Shown here: piece by piece, positions 18,668 to 27,929 of the stretch
How positions within the stretch are numbered: position 1 is the stretch's first letter
How the letters are laid out: each line of letters starts with the position of its first letter
Made by a program: the position numbers and the translations under genes
Notes under the pieces: generated by a model
Database searches by the model: none
Seen by the model: the letters and a program-made list of their open reading frames with translations, nothing else
What the model was told of the DNA's origin: nothing
Source: Tardiphaga sp.
GTDB lineage: Bacteria; Pseudomonadota; Alphaproteobacteria; Rhizobiales; Xanthobacteraceae
Reading direction: 5' to 3'
DNA length: 64,000 bases
NCBI RefSeq assembly: GCF_041424195.1
Contig: NZ_JBGMOE010000190.1
Location: 55,574-119,573, forward strand

Positions 18668-19834
18668 TCAAGGGAGCGGCCGGGCGGCTCCCCGCTTGGC
18701 ATCGGCCGCCTGCCGGCAGGCCGACACCAGCGCATTCGCCACCACCTCGTAAGTGAAACGCGTCAGCACATTGTCGCGCGCGGCCACACCGCGATCCAGC
18801 AACTGCTGCGGATCAGCAGCAAGCCGATCCAGCAGTGTCGCCAGGGCATCCGGATCGCGCTCGGGAACAATCCAGCCGCCCTTGCCGACAACCTCGGGAA
18901 TAGCACCGCCCGTCGAACCGATAACCGGCACGCCGCAGGCCTGCGACTCGACGATCACCCGGCCGAACTGCTCACGCACGGCGCTGGTTGTGCGGGTCAG
19001 CAAGATCGCCGCATCGAGGCTGCTGAGGAACGACGCGACATCGGCGGGCTTGCCCCACCCCTGAAACGTGACGCGGTCGGTCAGGCCCATTTCAGCGACA
19101 CGCTGCCTGAGTGCAGGCTCATGAGGGCCTTCGCCCATGATCGCCAATGTCACATGCGCCGCGGCGCGCTTCATCGCATCGAGCGCATCGTCGAGGCCCT
19201 TCTCCTCGACGAGACGCCCGACATAGCCAATGCGTAGTCCCTGCCCGGGCGCCATCGGAGCCCGGCGCTCGTCCGTCAAATTGAAGGTCGCGAGATCGAC
19301 ACCGTAGCCGATTGGCGACGTCGGGCCGGCATAGCCGCGCGCGCGAACGACCGCTGTCGCCTCCGGACTACGCGAGAGGATGTGATCCGTATTCCGCAAC
19401 ACGTCCTTGCGGATGAATTCGAATGGCGGCGGCAGGCGCTTGAGAATGTTCTGATCGACTTCCAGGACCATTGCAGCGCGGCCCTTGAGGACGCGCGCCT
19501 GCATCGCGACTACGCTCCACGGTTCTTCCCAGAGATGGATCACATCTGGATCGACCTCGCGGATAATGCGGCGCAGCCCCGGATAGAAATGCAGATACCA
19601 GCTCATCGGGCCCGCTCGCGGCAGGCGGATCGGCATCACATGCACGGTCATGCCGGGATCGTCGGACGGATCTGCAATGATCGTGCGGCCGAACTGATAC
19701 CAGGTCGCCGGGACGACGAGATGCATATCGACGTCATCGCGCCCGACGAGAGGGTAGTAACGCAGGCGCCCCGCATCGCGGCTGACGGCGGGATGGGCGA
19801 TCGAAAGAACCTTGAGGCGACGACTGCTAGACAC
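18668..19834 (-). CDS. Glycosyltransferase family 4
   Basis: YVGRLVEEKGL and EQFGRVIVESQACGVPVIGS motifs. Confidence 0.9.
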   Translation of the reverse strand: MSSSRRLKVLSIAHPAVSRDAGRLRYYPLVGRDDVDMHLVVPATWYQFGRTIIADPSDDPGMTVHVMPIRLPRAGPMSWYLHFYPGLRRIIREVDPDVIHLWEEPWSVVAMQARVLKGRAAMVLEVDQNILKRLPPPFEFIRKDVLRNTDHILSRSPEATAVVRARGYAGPTSPIGYGVDLATFNLTDERRAPMAPGQGLRIGYVGRLVEEKGLDDALDAMKRAAAHVTLAIMGEGPHEPALRQRVAEMGLTDRVTFQGWGKPADVASFLSSLDAAILLTRTTSAVREQFGRVIVESQACGVPVIGSTGGAIPEVVGKGGWIVPERDPDALATLLDRLAADPQQLLDRGVAARDNVLTRFTYEVVANALVSACRQAADAKRGAARPLP

Positions 19835-20849
19835 GCCCCGTCATCCTCGCGGCCACACCCGTCAGGCCAGACAGATGCAGTTCCATGGTCGCGAGACTGC
19901 GATCCGCGCCGTTGATCGTGCATCGTGGCAGGTTGTAGGCATCCTGCCCGTTGCGCACGAGGCCCTTGCGCGTGGTTGCTGCGCTCGCATAGCCGGCATC
20001 ACGCGCGATGGCGAAATCACGCGGACCGCAATCGCCTGAACGCCCATAGGGAAATGCAAAATGTCTGGCGGGAATACCGAGCCGCTCGACCAACCGGTCG
20101 CGGCCGCCCTTGAGTTCAAAGCGTGCGTCATCGGGCGACAGCGACGAAATGCGGGCATGCGTCACGGTGTGGCCGCCGATTTCCACCAGCGGATCGTCGC
20201 GCAGCTCTTCGAGCATCTCCCAGGTGATCGCATGCTTCCAGTGCATCGCGTCGATGTCGACACCGTTGAGTTCGCAAAATTTGGCGTAGCAGCTGGCCGC
20301 CTGGGGGCCGTCCCAACGATCCGCAATCCGATGGAACGCCGCACGCTTGGCGTCGGATGTCGGCACGTCGATCGCGCCGTCCTCGAGAATGACCCGGTCG
20401 TTGTTGAGCAGGGTATCTTCCAGACCCGCGGCCCACAGCGGAAGCGTACCGTCAGGAATGCCCGTCGTAACGAACAGCGTCACCGGCACGTTGTGACGGC
20501 GAAACAGCGGCACGATCTCCTCATACGTATCGCGATAGCAATCGTCGACGGAGAAATTGGCGAAACGATCGTTGGACTTTCCGGCCTTCGTGCGCTGGAT
20601 CGCCTCTTCCATCGTCACGACATCCCAGCCGCGTTGCTTCAGATGCGATAGGAACTGATCGAGAAAATTCGTATCGAGATAGAAGTCGCGGTTCGGCAGC
20701 TTTTCCCAGGCCCGAGCTGAAGCGCCGCGGTGAAAGGTCATCAGGCAACCGCGCGTGCCCATGAACAAGTCGGCAGCCATGCTGATCGGGCGAACCAGCG
20801 CTTCGGACGAAGCCATGCGTCGGGCGGCGCTGGATAACAGGTGCTTCAT
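19827..20849 (-). CDS. Polysaccharide deacetylase (CE4/NodB domain)
   Basis: Motif 1 variant SVDDCY, GGHTVTH metal motif, FAFPYG. Confidence 0.85.
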   Translation of the reverse strand: MKHLLSSAARRMASSEALVRPISMAADLFMGTRGCLMTFHRGASARAWEKLPNRDFYLDTNFLDQFLSHLKQRGWDVVTMEEAIQRTKAGKSNDRFANFSVDDCYRDTYEEIVPLFRRHNVPVTLFVTTGIPDGTLPLWAAGLEDTLLNNDRVILEDGAIDVPTSDAKRAAFHRIADRWDGPQAASCYAKFCELNGVDIDAMHWKHAITWEMLEELRDDPLVEIGGHTVTHARISSLSPDDARFELKGGRDRLVERLGIPARHFAFPYGRSGDCGPRDFAIARDAGYASAATTRKGLVRNGQDAYNLPRCTINGADRSLATMELHLSGLTGVAARMTGRV

Positions 20850-20903
20850 CGAAAAGTCCTCAGACGATCAAGGCACTCTCTAATACAAAAACACATACTA
20901 AAA

Positions 20904-22403
20904 TCACAAGCGGCCCCGGACGCGCGCAAATGCCGCAATGTAAATGCCGGGCATCAGCATGGCGACAGACAGGGCAAGGCAGACCAGATAGGCAAAACCA
21001 CCGGCGAAAAGTCGCTGCCACGGGCCCGTCAGAACCTCATGAATTTGCCAGCTGAAGACTGCCATCAGCGCTGCCGGGAAACACGCGAGAACCATCAGGT
21101 AGAGCAGCTTGCGCCGGGACCCCAGGACGATCATGACGCCAGCCAGAAGAACGATACCACGGGCGGCTTCGCCCAGTCCAAGTAACAAGGTGCCCCATTC
21201 GTGCGCCGTGGGCAGGTATGAGGTGAGAAGGTTAACTACGATATTAACCAGATAGGCACTGATAATGATGGCCGCGGCCGCAAGGTTCCGTCCTGCGCCA
21301 TTGAGGATGCGGATCAGGATCCAGCCAAGCGTCGCAGCCCAAAGGCCAAGTGCAATGCCGCGCAAGGCCTGACTGGTCAGAAACAGTGCCTGCTCGTTAA
21401 AGGCGCCGCGCAGAAAAACCAGTCGCACGATCTCCGGCGCGAACATCGCGAGAAAGACTGACGCCGGCACCGCGAATGCGAGAATGGGCCGGGCGATCCC
21501 TTCGATCTGCACGCCGACATCCTTTGGCGGATGGCTGGACAACACCGCCAGCCCGATCGGCTGGCTGATCAGCAGCAACGCGCTTTCGGTCAACGTCCGC
21601 GCATAATCCATCGAGGCCACCGCACCGGTCCCGACCCGCGAGGCCAGCAGGCGTTCGATCCAGACATTGGCCTGTTCGGCGACCGGTAGCGCGAGCAGCG
21701 GTCGCAGCCGACGGAAGAAGTCGCGCCCCGATGCCAGCACCGATGACAGCGACAGGCCCTTGAAGCTGAGCACGCCCTCGCGCCACATGGTGTAGAGGCC
21801 CCAGGCGGCGAGCGCATTGAAGGCAATCGAGAACGACCAGGCCAGTGTATGGAAGTTGCCGGACACAGAAACGAGAGCAATGCCCATGAGCACGGCCACG
21901 TTCAGGATGCTGGCGCGGACATTCGTCAGGCGGGTCCGGCCGAGCGCAATTTCCCCCGAGGCCAGCACATTGATCATCGCCGAGGCCGGCATGCCCAGCG
22001 CCATGATGCGAATGAAGTCGAGGGTAAGCCTACGCCCTTCCGCCGAAAAGCCGCCGACCAGCGCGTCCACGGCCCTCTCGCCGAGAGCCTGCAGCCCGAT
22101 CATCAGGATCATGGCGATGCCGGTGATCGCCACGGTCATGGCACCAAGGCGCTGAGGTCCGTTGCCGTCCTTCAACGCATCCCGGTGCATCGGGATCATC
22201 ACGGCCGGCACGGTTTCGTTCTGCAGGAAGGCCAGCGGCAGCATCACCGCCGTGATCGCGCCACGAAAGCCATCGGCGACCAGCGAGGCGCCAAGCACTT
22301 GCGCCATCAATATCTCACGGCCGAACCCCAGCAGCTTGCTGGTCAGCGCACCGCTGATGAGAATCGCCGTGAACTTCCGCGTCGAGTGCCGGGCTCCGCT
22401 CAT
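20904..22403 (-). CDS. MurJ/MviN-like (MOP superfamily) flippase
   Basis: SKLLGFGREILMAQVLGA...ADGF N-terminal MviN pattern; LVFLRGAF; about 13-14 TM segments. Confidence 0.78.
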   Translation of the reverse strand: MSGARHSTRKFTAILISGALTSKLLGFGREILMAQVLGASLVADGFRGAITAVMLPLAFLQNETVPAVMIPMHRDALKDGNGPQRLGAMTVAITGIAMILMIGLQALGERAVDALVGGFSAEGRRLTLDFIRIMALGMPASAMINVLASGEIALGRTRLTNVRASILNVAVLMGIALVSVSGNFHTLAWSFSIAFNALAAWGLYTMWREGVLSFKGLSLSSVLASGRDFFRRLRPLLALPVAEQANVWIERLLASRVGTGAVASMDYARTLTESALLLISQPIGLAVLSSHPPKDVGVQIEGIARPILAFAVPASVFLAMFAPEIVRLVFLRGAFNEQALFLTSQALRGIALGLWAATLGWILIRILNGAGRNLAAAAIIISAYLVNIVVNLLTSYLPTAHEWGTLLLGLGEAARGIVLLAGVMIVLGSRRKLLYLMVLACFPAALMAVFSWQIHEVLTGPWQRLFAGGFAYLVCLALSVAMLMPGIYIAAFARVRGRL

Positions 22404-22473
22404 AGGCGCGCCGCCGCGGTCCGATCAGGGACCATCCGAGCTTTCAAACCGAGAACCGAGCAGCGATACGCAG

Positions 22474-23628
22474 TCACACGGGAGCTCCCGCAGCCGCTCG
22501 CCCGATCAGGCTCGAGACCGTCTGCAACATCTGATCGACGCTGTAGTGCGACCGCGCCCGCGCTTCGGCATATCGCAACTGGCCCGCCAGCTCAGGCGGG
22601 TGCGACATCACTCGTGTGATCGCAGTGGCCAGCGCATCGACATCGCCGGGCGGTACCAGCGTTCCGGCCTTGCCGACCTCGAGAATATCGGAGGCTGCGC
22701 CGGCATCCGTTGCAATTACAGGCACACCCGCGAGCATGGCCTCGACGAGCGTCCGGCCGAAAGGTTCGGGATCGATCGAGGGATGGATCATCGCATCGAC
22801 GGCACGCATCAGCCTCGGCACGTCATTGCGCTGGCCGAGGAAATGCACGCGATCACCAAGACCGAGATCCGCCACCATCCGGTTGAGCTTCTCGGCATAG
22901 GGTTCCTCGCCGAACAGCGCAGCCCCCGCAATGATACAACTGACGCCCGGGGTCTTTGCCAGGGCCTGCAACACGATATGCTGCCCCTTCCAGGCCGCAA
23001 GGCGGCTGAAGACGCCGACGAGCGGCCCTTCGGGTAATTTCAGCTCGCGCCGGATCTCCAGCGGCGTGTTTGCGTCCGGCGGCACATCAAGACCGTTGGG
23101 CACGATCGCGACCAGCTCCTTGCGGCCGCCTTCGGCAATGAAGGCATCTGCAGCGGCTTGCGAAGGAACGATCACCTTTGCCGTGCAATAATTCGCCAGC
23201 GTCACTTGCACACGGCGCTGCGTGGCGCCGAAATGCTCGCTGCTGATGATATCATGGAGGTGCCAGATCAGCGGACGCCGCGCCAGCGTGGCGGCGACGG
23301 CCGACAGCACAAAGGCCTTCTGCGAGTTCGCATAGATGACGTCGTGACGGCGCGCTTCGCCCGTCAATTCGGCAATGATGGCCCCCAGCCGGCCAATCAA
23401 CGGAAAGGCTTTCAGGATCGAACTGTCGCGCCTGACATCCGTGAGCCCCTTGCCCCAGCGCGACACGCGCACCTTCAGACCCTTGGCTGCGAGCGCCTGA
23501 TGCAGTGGGCCATCCTCGAACAGGAAGGCGGCCTCGCCCACCCATGGCTGAACGAGATCGATCAGAACCAGCTCGGCGCCGGAGATCGCGCCTGTATGGC
23601 AGACGAACAGAACGCGCGGAGCAGGCAT
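22474..23628 (-). CDS. Glycosyltransferase family 4
   Basis: ISGAE, IVPNG, FSRLAAWKGQ, EPFGRTLVEAM. Confidence 0.9.
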   Translation of the reverse strand: MPAPRVLFVCHTGAISGAELVLIDLVQPWVGEAAFLFEDGPLHQALAAKGLKVRVSRWGKGLTDVRRDSSILKAFPLIGRLGAIIAELTGEARRHDVIYANSQKAFVLSAVAATLARRPLIWHLHDIISSEHFGATQRRVQVTLANYCTAKVIVPSQAAADAFIAEGGRKELVAIVPNGLDVPPDANTPLEIRRELKLPEGPLVGVFSRLAAWKGQHIVLQALAKTPGVSCIIAGAALFGEEPYAEKLNRMVADLGLGDRVHFLGQRNDVPRLMRAVDAMIHPSIDPEPFGRTLVEAMLAGVPVIATDAGAASDILEVGKAGTLVPPGDVDALATAITRVMSHPPELAGQLRYAEARARSHYSVDQMLQTVSSLIGRAAAGAPV

Positions 23629-25913
23629 CACGTCGCCCCGGCATAGGCATCATTCGAGAGCCGGTCCGTACTGCGTGGTGTGTTGGCATCCGGCATCATG
23701 GTGACGGCAATACCGAAGACATTGCCGCCGGCGACACGGATCGCGCTGGACGTCGCCACCGCCTGCCCGATCGACGAGCGGCCGGAACGCATGCAGAGCA
23801 GCACGCCATCGACCTGCCTGGCCAGCACGCCCAGATCGGTCTGGATGCCGGGCGACGGCGCGTCGATCAGGACGACGTCGTAGATCTGGCTCCACAGCAG
23901 CAGATCGCCGAGCGGTTTGCGCATCAGCAATTCGGCGGATGCCGAGAACGGCCCAGCAGGAATGACGTCGAGATTGGGAGTCGCGGTGCGGACCACCGCT
24001 TCGCGCGGCGCGATGTCGCCGCGCAGAATTCCCTGCAGCCCCATGCTGCTGCGCAAGCCCAAGGCTGTTTCGAACTTCGGCGCGCCGAAATCGCATTCGA
24101 TCACCAGAACGCTGCGGCCGGCCGTTGCGAGATGCTGCGCCAGAGTCAGGGTCAGAAAGGTTTTGCCCTCGGCCGTCGTCGGCGACGCGACCAGAATCTT
24201 GCGGCGTGTCCTGGCGTCGTTCGACGTCAGCAGCCCCGTCGCCAGATCGCGGAGTGCATCCTGATAGTGCTGGTCCTGCAGTGCGAGTGGCAGCGCACGC
24301 GCCAGCGAAGCGCCGGACTGCGCCGTGAGGATCGCACCGATCGGCGATTCCGACGGATCGCGCTTGACGGTCGGCAATCGTGCCAGAATGGGCGCGCCGG
24401 TGACGACGGCGAGCTCCGATGACAATGCCACCGGCGCCGGTCCGGGACGCGGCGCCACCGGGGCTGTCGCCTGGACAGGAGCCGGAGCGACGGGCGTAAC
24501 GACAGCGGCAGGCTCGGGCGCCGCTGCGCGCGCCGGGCGAATGGTTGCCATCCGCAGCCGGGATAGACCCGCAAGATTGACGCGATCGCCGAAGAAGGCT
24601 GCGACGAGTGCGAGCAGCAGGCCGAGCGTACCGCCGGCGGCAAGGAACGGGATTTTCTTCGGGAAGAACGGCTTGGCCGGCAGTTCGGCAAGGCTGACCA
24701 GTCGTGTATTGCCGATCAGCACGCGGCGCTCGGTTTCGAGTTCGCTGGCGCGCTTGTAGAGATCGGCATATTGCTGGCGCTTGATCTCGGTGCTCCGCAC
24801 CATGCTCTCGATCGAGGCTTCGTCCGATGTCGCCGAGCCGACTTCAGCTTTCACGGCATCCATCTGCTTCTTCAGCGAATTTACCAGCGCGTCATTGGCG
24901 TCATAGGCCTTCTGCGCGCTGGCCGCGATGCTGGCCACTTCCGTGGCCATGCGCCCCTTGATCGCAGACTGCTCCTGCTCCAGCGCACGCAGCGATGGGT
25001 GCCGGGGCCCGAGTACATTAGCCTGACTGGCGAGCTGTGCGGTCACGACCGTGAGCTGCTGCTTGAGATCGGCGATCGAACGGTTCGATAGCACCGAAGG
25101 GGAATCGACAGCGCGAGCCTGATTGGCCTTGATCTCCTGCAAGCGGGCGAGCGCTTCGGCGCGCGCGGTTTCCGCCGTGGACAATTGCTGGCTGATGCTG
25201 GTCAGCCGCTCCGAGCTGATCGGTGCCAGCGAACCACGCATCAGACCCTTGTTGCGGCGAAAGGCCTGAATCTTGGCATCGGCGTCGCGCAACTCGATAT
25301 CCAGCTGCTTGGCTTCCTTCCAGAGATAGGACGCGGCAATCTCGCGGCTGTTCGCCCCCGACGTCCTTTGCTCGTCGAGAAACGCATTGGTCAGCGCATT
25401 CGCCATCTTCTGCGCGACTTCGGGCATCGACGAGGTGTAGGAGATATTGATGACGCGGGAACGTCCGACAGCACCGATCGAGAAATTGCCCGACACGTAT
25501 TCGATCAGCGCCGCCGTGTCGGTCTTCATTTTCTCGCAGGTCGCGGCGTTGCCCTTGCTCTGACACTCTTCGATGGCAGCTTCGGTAATGCCCGGCTGCT
25601 GCATGGCGAGCCGCAAGACCCGCGGCGAGCGCGCGATCAGCAGCTGGCTTTCGACGTCGGCGGGGTCGCCGATCTTCTGCGCCCAGGCGGCCGAGGCGTT
25701 GCTGTTGCTGGGCTCCTGCTCGGCGACAATCACCGAACCTGTGGCGAGATAACGCACGGGCAGCACGACCAGCGCAATGACCGTCAGGATCATCACGCCG
25801 AGAAACACAGCGCCGAACAGGCTACGATTGCGCCAGATCTTCAGCAACGGGCTCTCGCTCGCCGCGCCATCGGCGGTTTGGGTATTCGTAACGATGGCGC
25901 GTCTGGTGAACAT
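23628..25913 (-). CDS. Wzc/GumC/ExoP-like polysaccharide co-polymerase with fused kinase-like domain
   Basis: Two TM segments flanking a coiled-coil periplasmic region; C-terminal Walker A SPTTAEGKT, A' LVIECD, B VLIDAP. Confidence 0.85.
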   Translation of the reverse strand: MFTRRAIVTNTQTADGAASESPLLKIWRNRSLFGAVFLGVMILTVIALVVLPVRYLATGSVIVAEQEPSNSNASAAWAQKIGDPADVESQLLIARSPRVLRLAMQQPGITEAAIEECQSKGNAATCEKMKTDTAALIEYVSGNFSIGAVGRSRVINISYTSSMPEVAQKMANALTNAFLDEQRTSGANSREIAASYLWKEAKQLDIELRDADAKIQAFRRNKGLMRGSLAPISSERLTSISQQLSTAETARAEALARLQEIKANQARAVDSPSVLSNRSIADLKQQLTVVTAQLASQANVLGPRHPSLRALEQEQSAIKGRMATEVASIAASAQKAYDANDALVNSLKKQMDAVKAEVGSATSDEASIESMVRSTEIKRQQYADLYKRASELETERRVLIGNTRLVSLAELPAKPFFPKKIPFLAAGGTLGLLLALVAAFFGDRVNLAGLSRLRMATIRPARAAAPEPAAVVTPVAPAPVQATAPVAPRPGPAPVALSSELAVVTGAPILARLPTVKRDPSESPIGAILTAQSGASLARALPLALQDQHYQDALRDLATGLLTSNDARTRRKILVASPTTAEGKTFLTLTLAQHLATAGRSVLVIECDFGAPKFETALGLRSSMGLQGILRGDIAPREAVVRTATPNLDVIPAGPFSASAELLMRKPLGDLLLWSQIYDVVLIDAPSPGIQTDLGVLARQVDGVLLCMRSGRSSIGQAVATSSAIRVAGGNVFGIAVTMMPDANTPRSTDRLSNDAYAGAT

Positions 25914-26087
25914 GCGTGTCAGACTTTGCTATGGCGCGCTGGCACCGCACATCCTTGCGCCGCAACGGCGCTCACCCAGCGCAACCACCCATGAACGACC
26001 GCGACACGCATACTGAACCCCTTGTCCCCGAACCACAAATCCACTGCAGGGAGCAGGCCTACTATCCATTCATTAGGGATGTTTTGG

Positions 26088-26102
26088 TTAAGGGCGGGTT
26101 TA
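26088..26102. promoter_or_regulatory. CtrA-box-like motif upstream of the polysaccharide operon
   Basis: TTAA-GGGCGGG-TTTA, one mismatch to TTAA-N7-TTAA, 175 bp upstream of the wzc-like start. Confidence 0.3.
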
Positions 26103-26214
26103 AAATGATAACCAATACGTGTGCACTGCCCAAATAGTAGGCTGTTACGCGCGTCCCTCGGCGTGTGCCGCATTTTAGGGAGCTACGTAAGCATGGCGGT
26201 ATTGGTTGCGAGCC

Positions 26215-26240
26215 GGAACCAAATGTCGCAGTGCCGCGTT
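26215..26240 (+). promoter_or_regulatory. EcfG (general stress response sigma) promoter
   Basis: GGAAC-N17-CGTT, exact consensus, 29 nt before the DUF1328 start codon. Confidence 0.7.
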
Positions 26241-26268
26241 CCAGAATTGGTGCAACCGGAGTTCCCCA

Positions 26269-26442
26269 ATGAGCCTCCTGAAATGGGCGCTGATCTTCTT
26301 TCTGATTTCCGTCGCCGCCGGCGTGTTCGGCTTCACCGGCATCTCCGCCGCCACGGCGGATGTCGCGCGCGTGCTTTTCTATATCTTCCTGGCGATCTGC
26401 ATCGTGCTGCTGCTATTGGGGATCACGATCTTTCGGGCCTGA
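26269..26442 (+). CDS. DUF1328 (UPF0391) small membrane protein
   Basis: 57 aa [37 protein letters not shown]...; GGAG ribosome-binding site upstream. Confidence 0.88.
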   Translation: MSLLKWALIFFLISVAAGVFGFTGISAATADVARVLFYIFLAICIVLLLLGITIFRA

Positions 26443-26470
26443 CGCGCCAGGCGGCGCGCCTGTCCGGGAT

Positions 26471-27184
26471 CTAGTGAATGCCGACGCCGACCAGCCGATC
26501 GACCAGCGCGCGGTCGGCTGTCAGCACATCCGGCTCGCCGCTCCAGCTGGTCCGGCCCCGTTCCATCACCATGACGCTGTTCGCGAAATCGAGCGCGCGC
26601 TCGATCTGCTGCTCGACCAGAATGATGGTAACTTCGCTGGTAGCGGCCAGCTGCGCCAGCAATGCCATCAGCTCGTCGCAGATCACGGGCGCGAGACCTT
26701 CCAGCGGCTCATCCAGCAACAGGATCGAGGGCTTGCCCAGCAGGGTCCGGGCCATCGACAGCATCTGCTGCTCGCCACCCGACAATTGCTTGCCATAATT
26801 GCCGCGACGTTCGCGCAGGCGCGGAAACATCGCATAGGCCTCGTCGAGTGCCGACGCCGGCCTGCCCTTCAGCCCGGTGCGCAGATTCTCCTCCACCGTC
26901 AGCGAGGCGAAAATGTCGCGGGTCTGCGGCACATAGCCGATCCCGAGGTCGGCGCGCGCCGAGGTGCGTTTGGCCGTGACGTCCTGGTCACCGATCCTGA
27001 TCTCGCCGCCATGGCGCGTCGTCAGGCCCATCAGCGTTGCCAGCAGCGTGGTCTTGCCCATGCCGTTACGGCCGAGCACGGCGAGACGGTCGCCGGCCTT
27101 CACCGAAAACGAGATGTCCTCGATGATCCGCGTCGGGCCGTAGCCCGCGCTGAGGTTCCGGATTTCAAGTGGCGCGGCGGGCAT
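26471..27184 (-). CDS. LIV-type ABC transporter ATP-binding protein (LivF-like)
   Basis: GRNGMGKT, LSGGEQQM, LLLDEP, VEQ; start 27184 preferred from RBS spacing (alternative 27190). Confidence 0.9.
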   Translation of the reverse strand: MPAAPLEIRNLSAGYGPTRIIEDISFSVKAGDRLAVLGRNGMGKTTLLATLMGLTTRHGGEIRIGDQDVTAKRTSARADLGIGYVPQTRDIFASLTVEENLRTGLKGRPASALDEAYAMFPRLRERRGNYGKQLSGGEQQMLSMARTLLGKPSILLLDEPLEGLAPVICDELMALLAQLAATSEVTIILVEQQIERALDFANSVMVMERGRTSWSGEPDVLTADRALVDRLVGVGIH

Positions 27185-27929
27185 CGGCATAGCTCCCCAG
27201 ATACGCGCGACGCACTTCGTGATCGGCAGTAACGGCGTCAGGCGATCCCTCGAATATCAGCCGCCCGGCCGCCAGCACCAGCACGCGCTTGGCAAACTTG
27301 AACACCAGATCCATGTCGTGCTCGATCATCAGGACGGCGATATCCGCCGGCAGACGATTGATCGCGTCCAGTATCTTCGGTGCTTCGTCATGCGGTACAC
27401 CGGCGGCGGGCTCGTCGAGCAGCAACACCTTCGGATGCAGCGCGAGGCCGATGGCAAGCTCGATCAGGCGTTGCTGGCCGTAAGCGAGTTCAACCACCCT
27501 GCGATAGGCCAGATGATCGAGACCGAGATGGCTCAGGATCTCACTCCATTCGGCGCGGACTTCCGGCAATTCGGTCGAGCGAGAGAAGAATCGCCGTGTG
27601 ATGCGCTTGCGTTGCATGATCGCCAGCGCAACGTTGTCGGCGACCGTGAGATTGGCGAACAGGCGCGTGGTCTGGAATGTCCGAACCAATCCGCGACGTA
27701 CACGATCGGGAATGCTGAGGTTGGTGATCTCATCACCGCCCATGAAGAACTGGCCTCCGCTCGGCACGATGTCACCGGTAATCAGGTTGACCAGCGTGGT
27801 CTTGCCGGCACCGTTCGGCCCGATCAGCGCGACGCGGTCACCCGCAGCGAGCTTGAAATTGACGTCGCAGGTGACCTGCAATCCGCCGAACGAACGCGAA
27901 ACGCCGCGGGCTTCCAGGAGATCGCTCAT
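27165..27929 (-). CDS. LIV-type ABC transporter ATP-binding protein (LivG-like)
   Basis: Start MSDLLEARG; GPNGAGKT, LAYGQQR, LLLDEPAAG, IEHDMD. Confidence 0.9.
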   Translation of the reverse strand: MSDLLEARGVSRSFGGLQVTCDVNFKLAAGDRVALIGPNGAGKTTLVNLITGDIVPSGGQFFMGGDEITNLSIPDRVRRGLVRTFQTTRLFANLTVADNVALAIMQRKRITRRFFSRSTELPEVRAEWSEILSHLGLDHLAYRRVVELAYGQQRLIELAIGLALHPKVLLLDEPAAGVPHDEAPKILDAINRLPADIAVLMIEHDMDLVFKFAKRVLVLAAGRLIFEGSPDAVTADHEVRRAYLGSYADARRAT

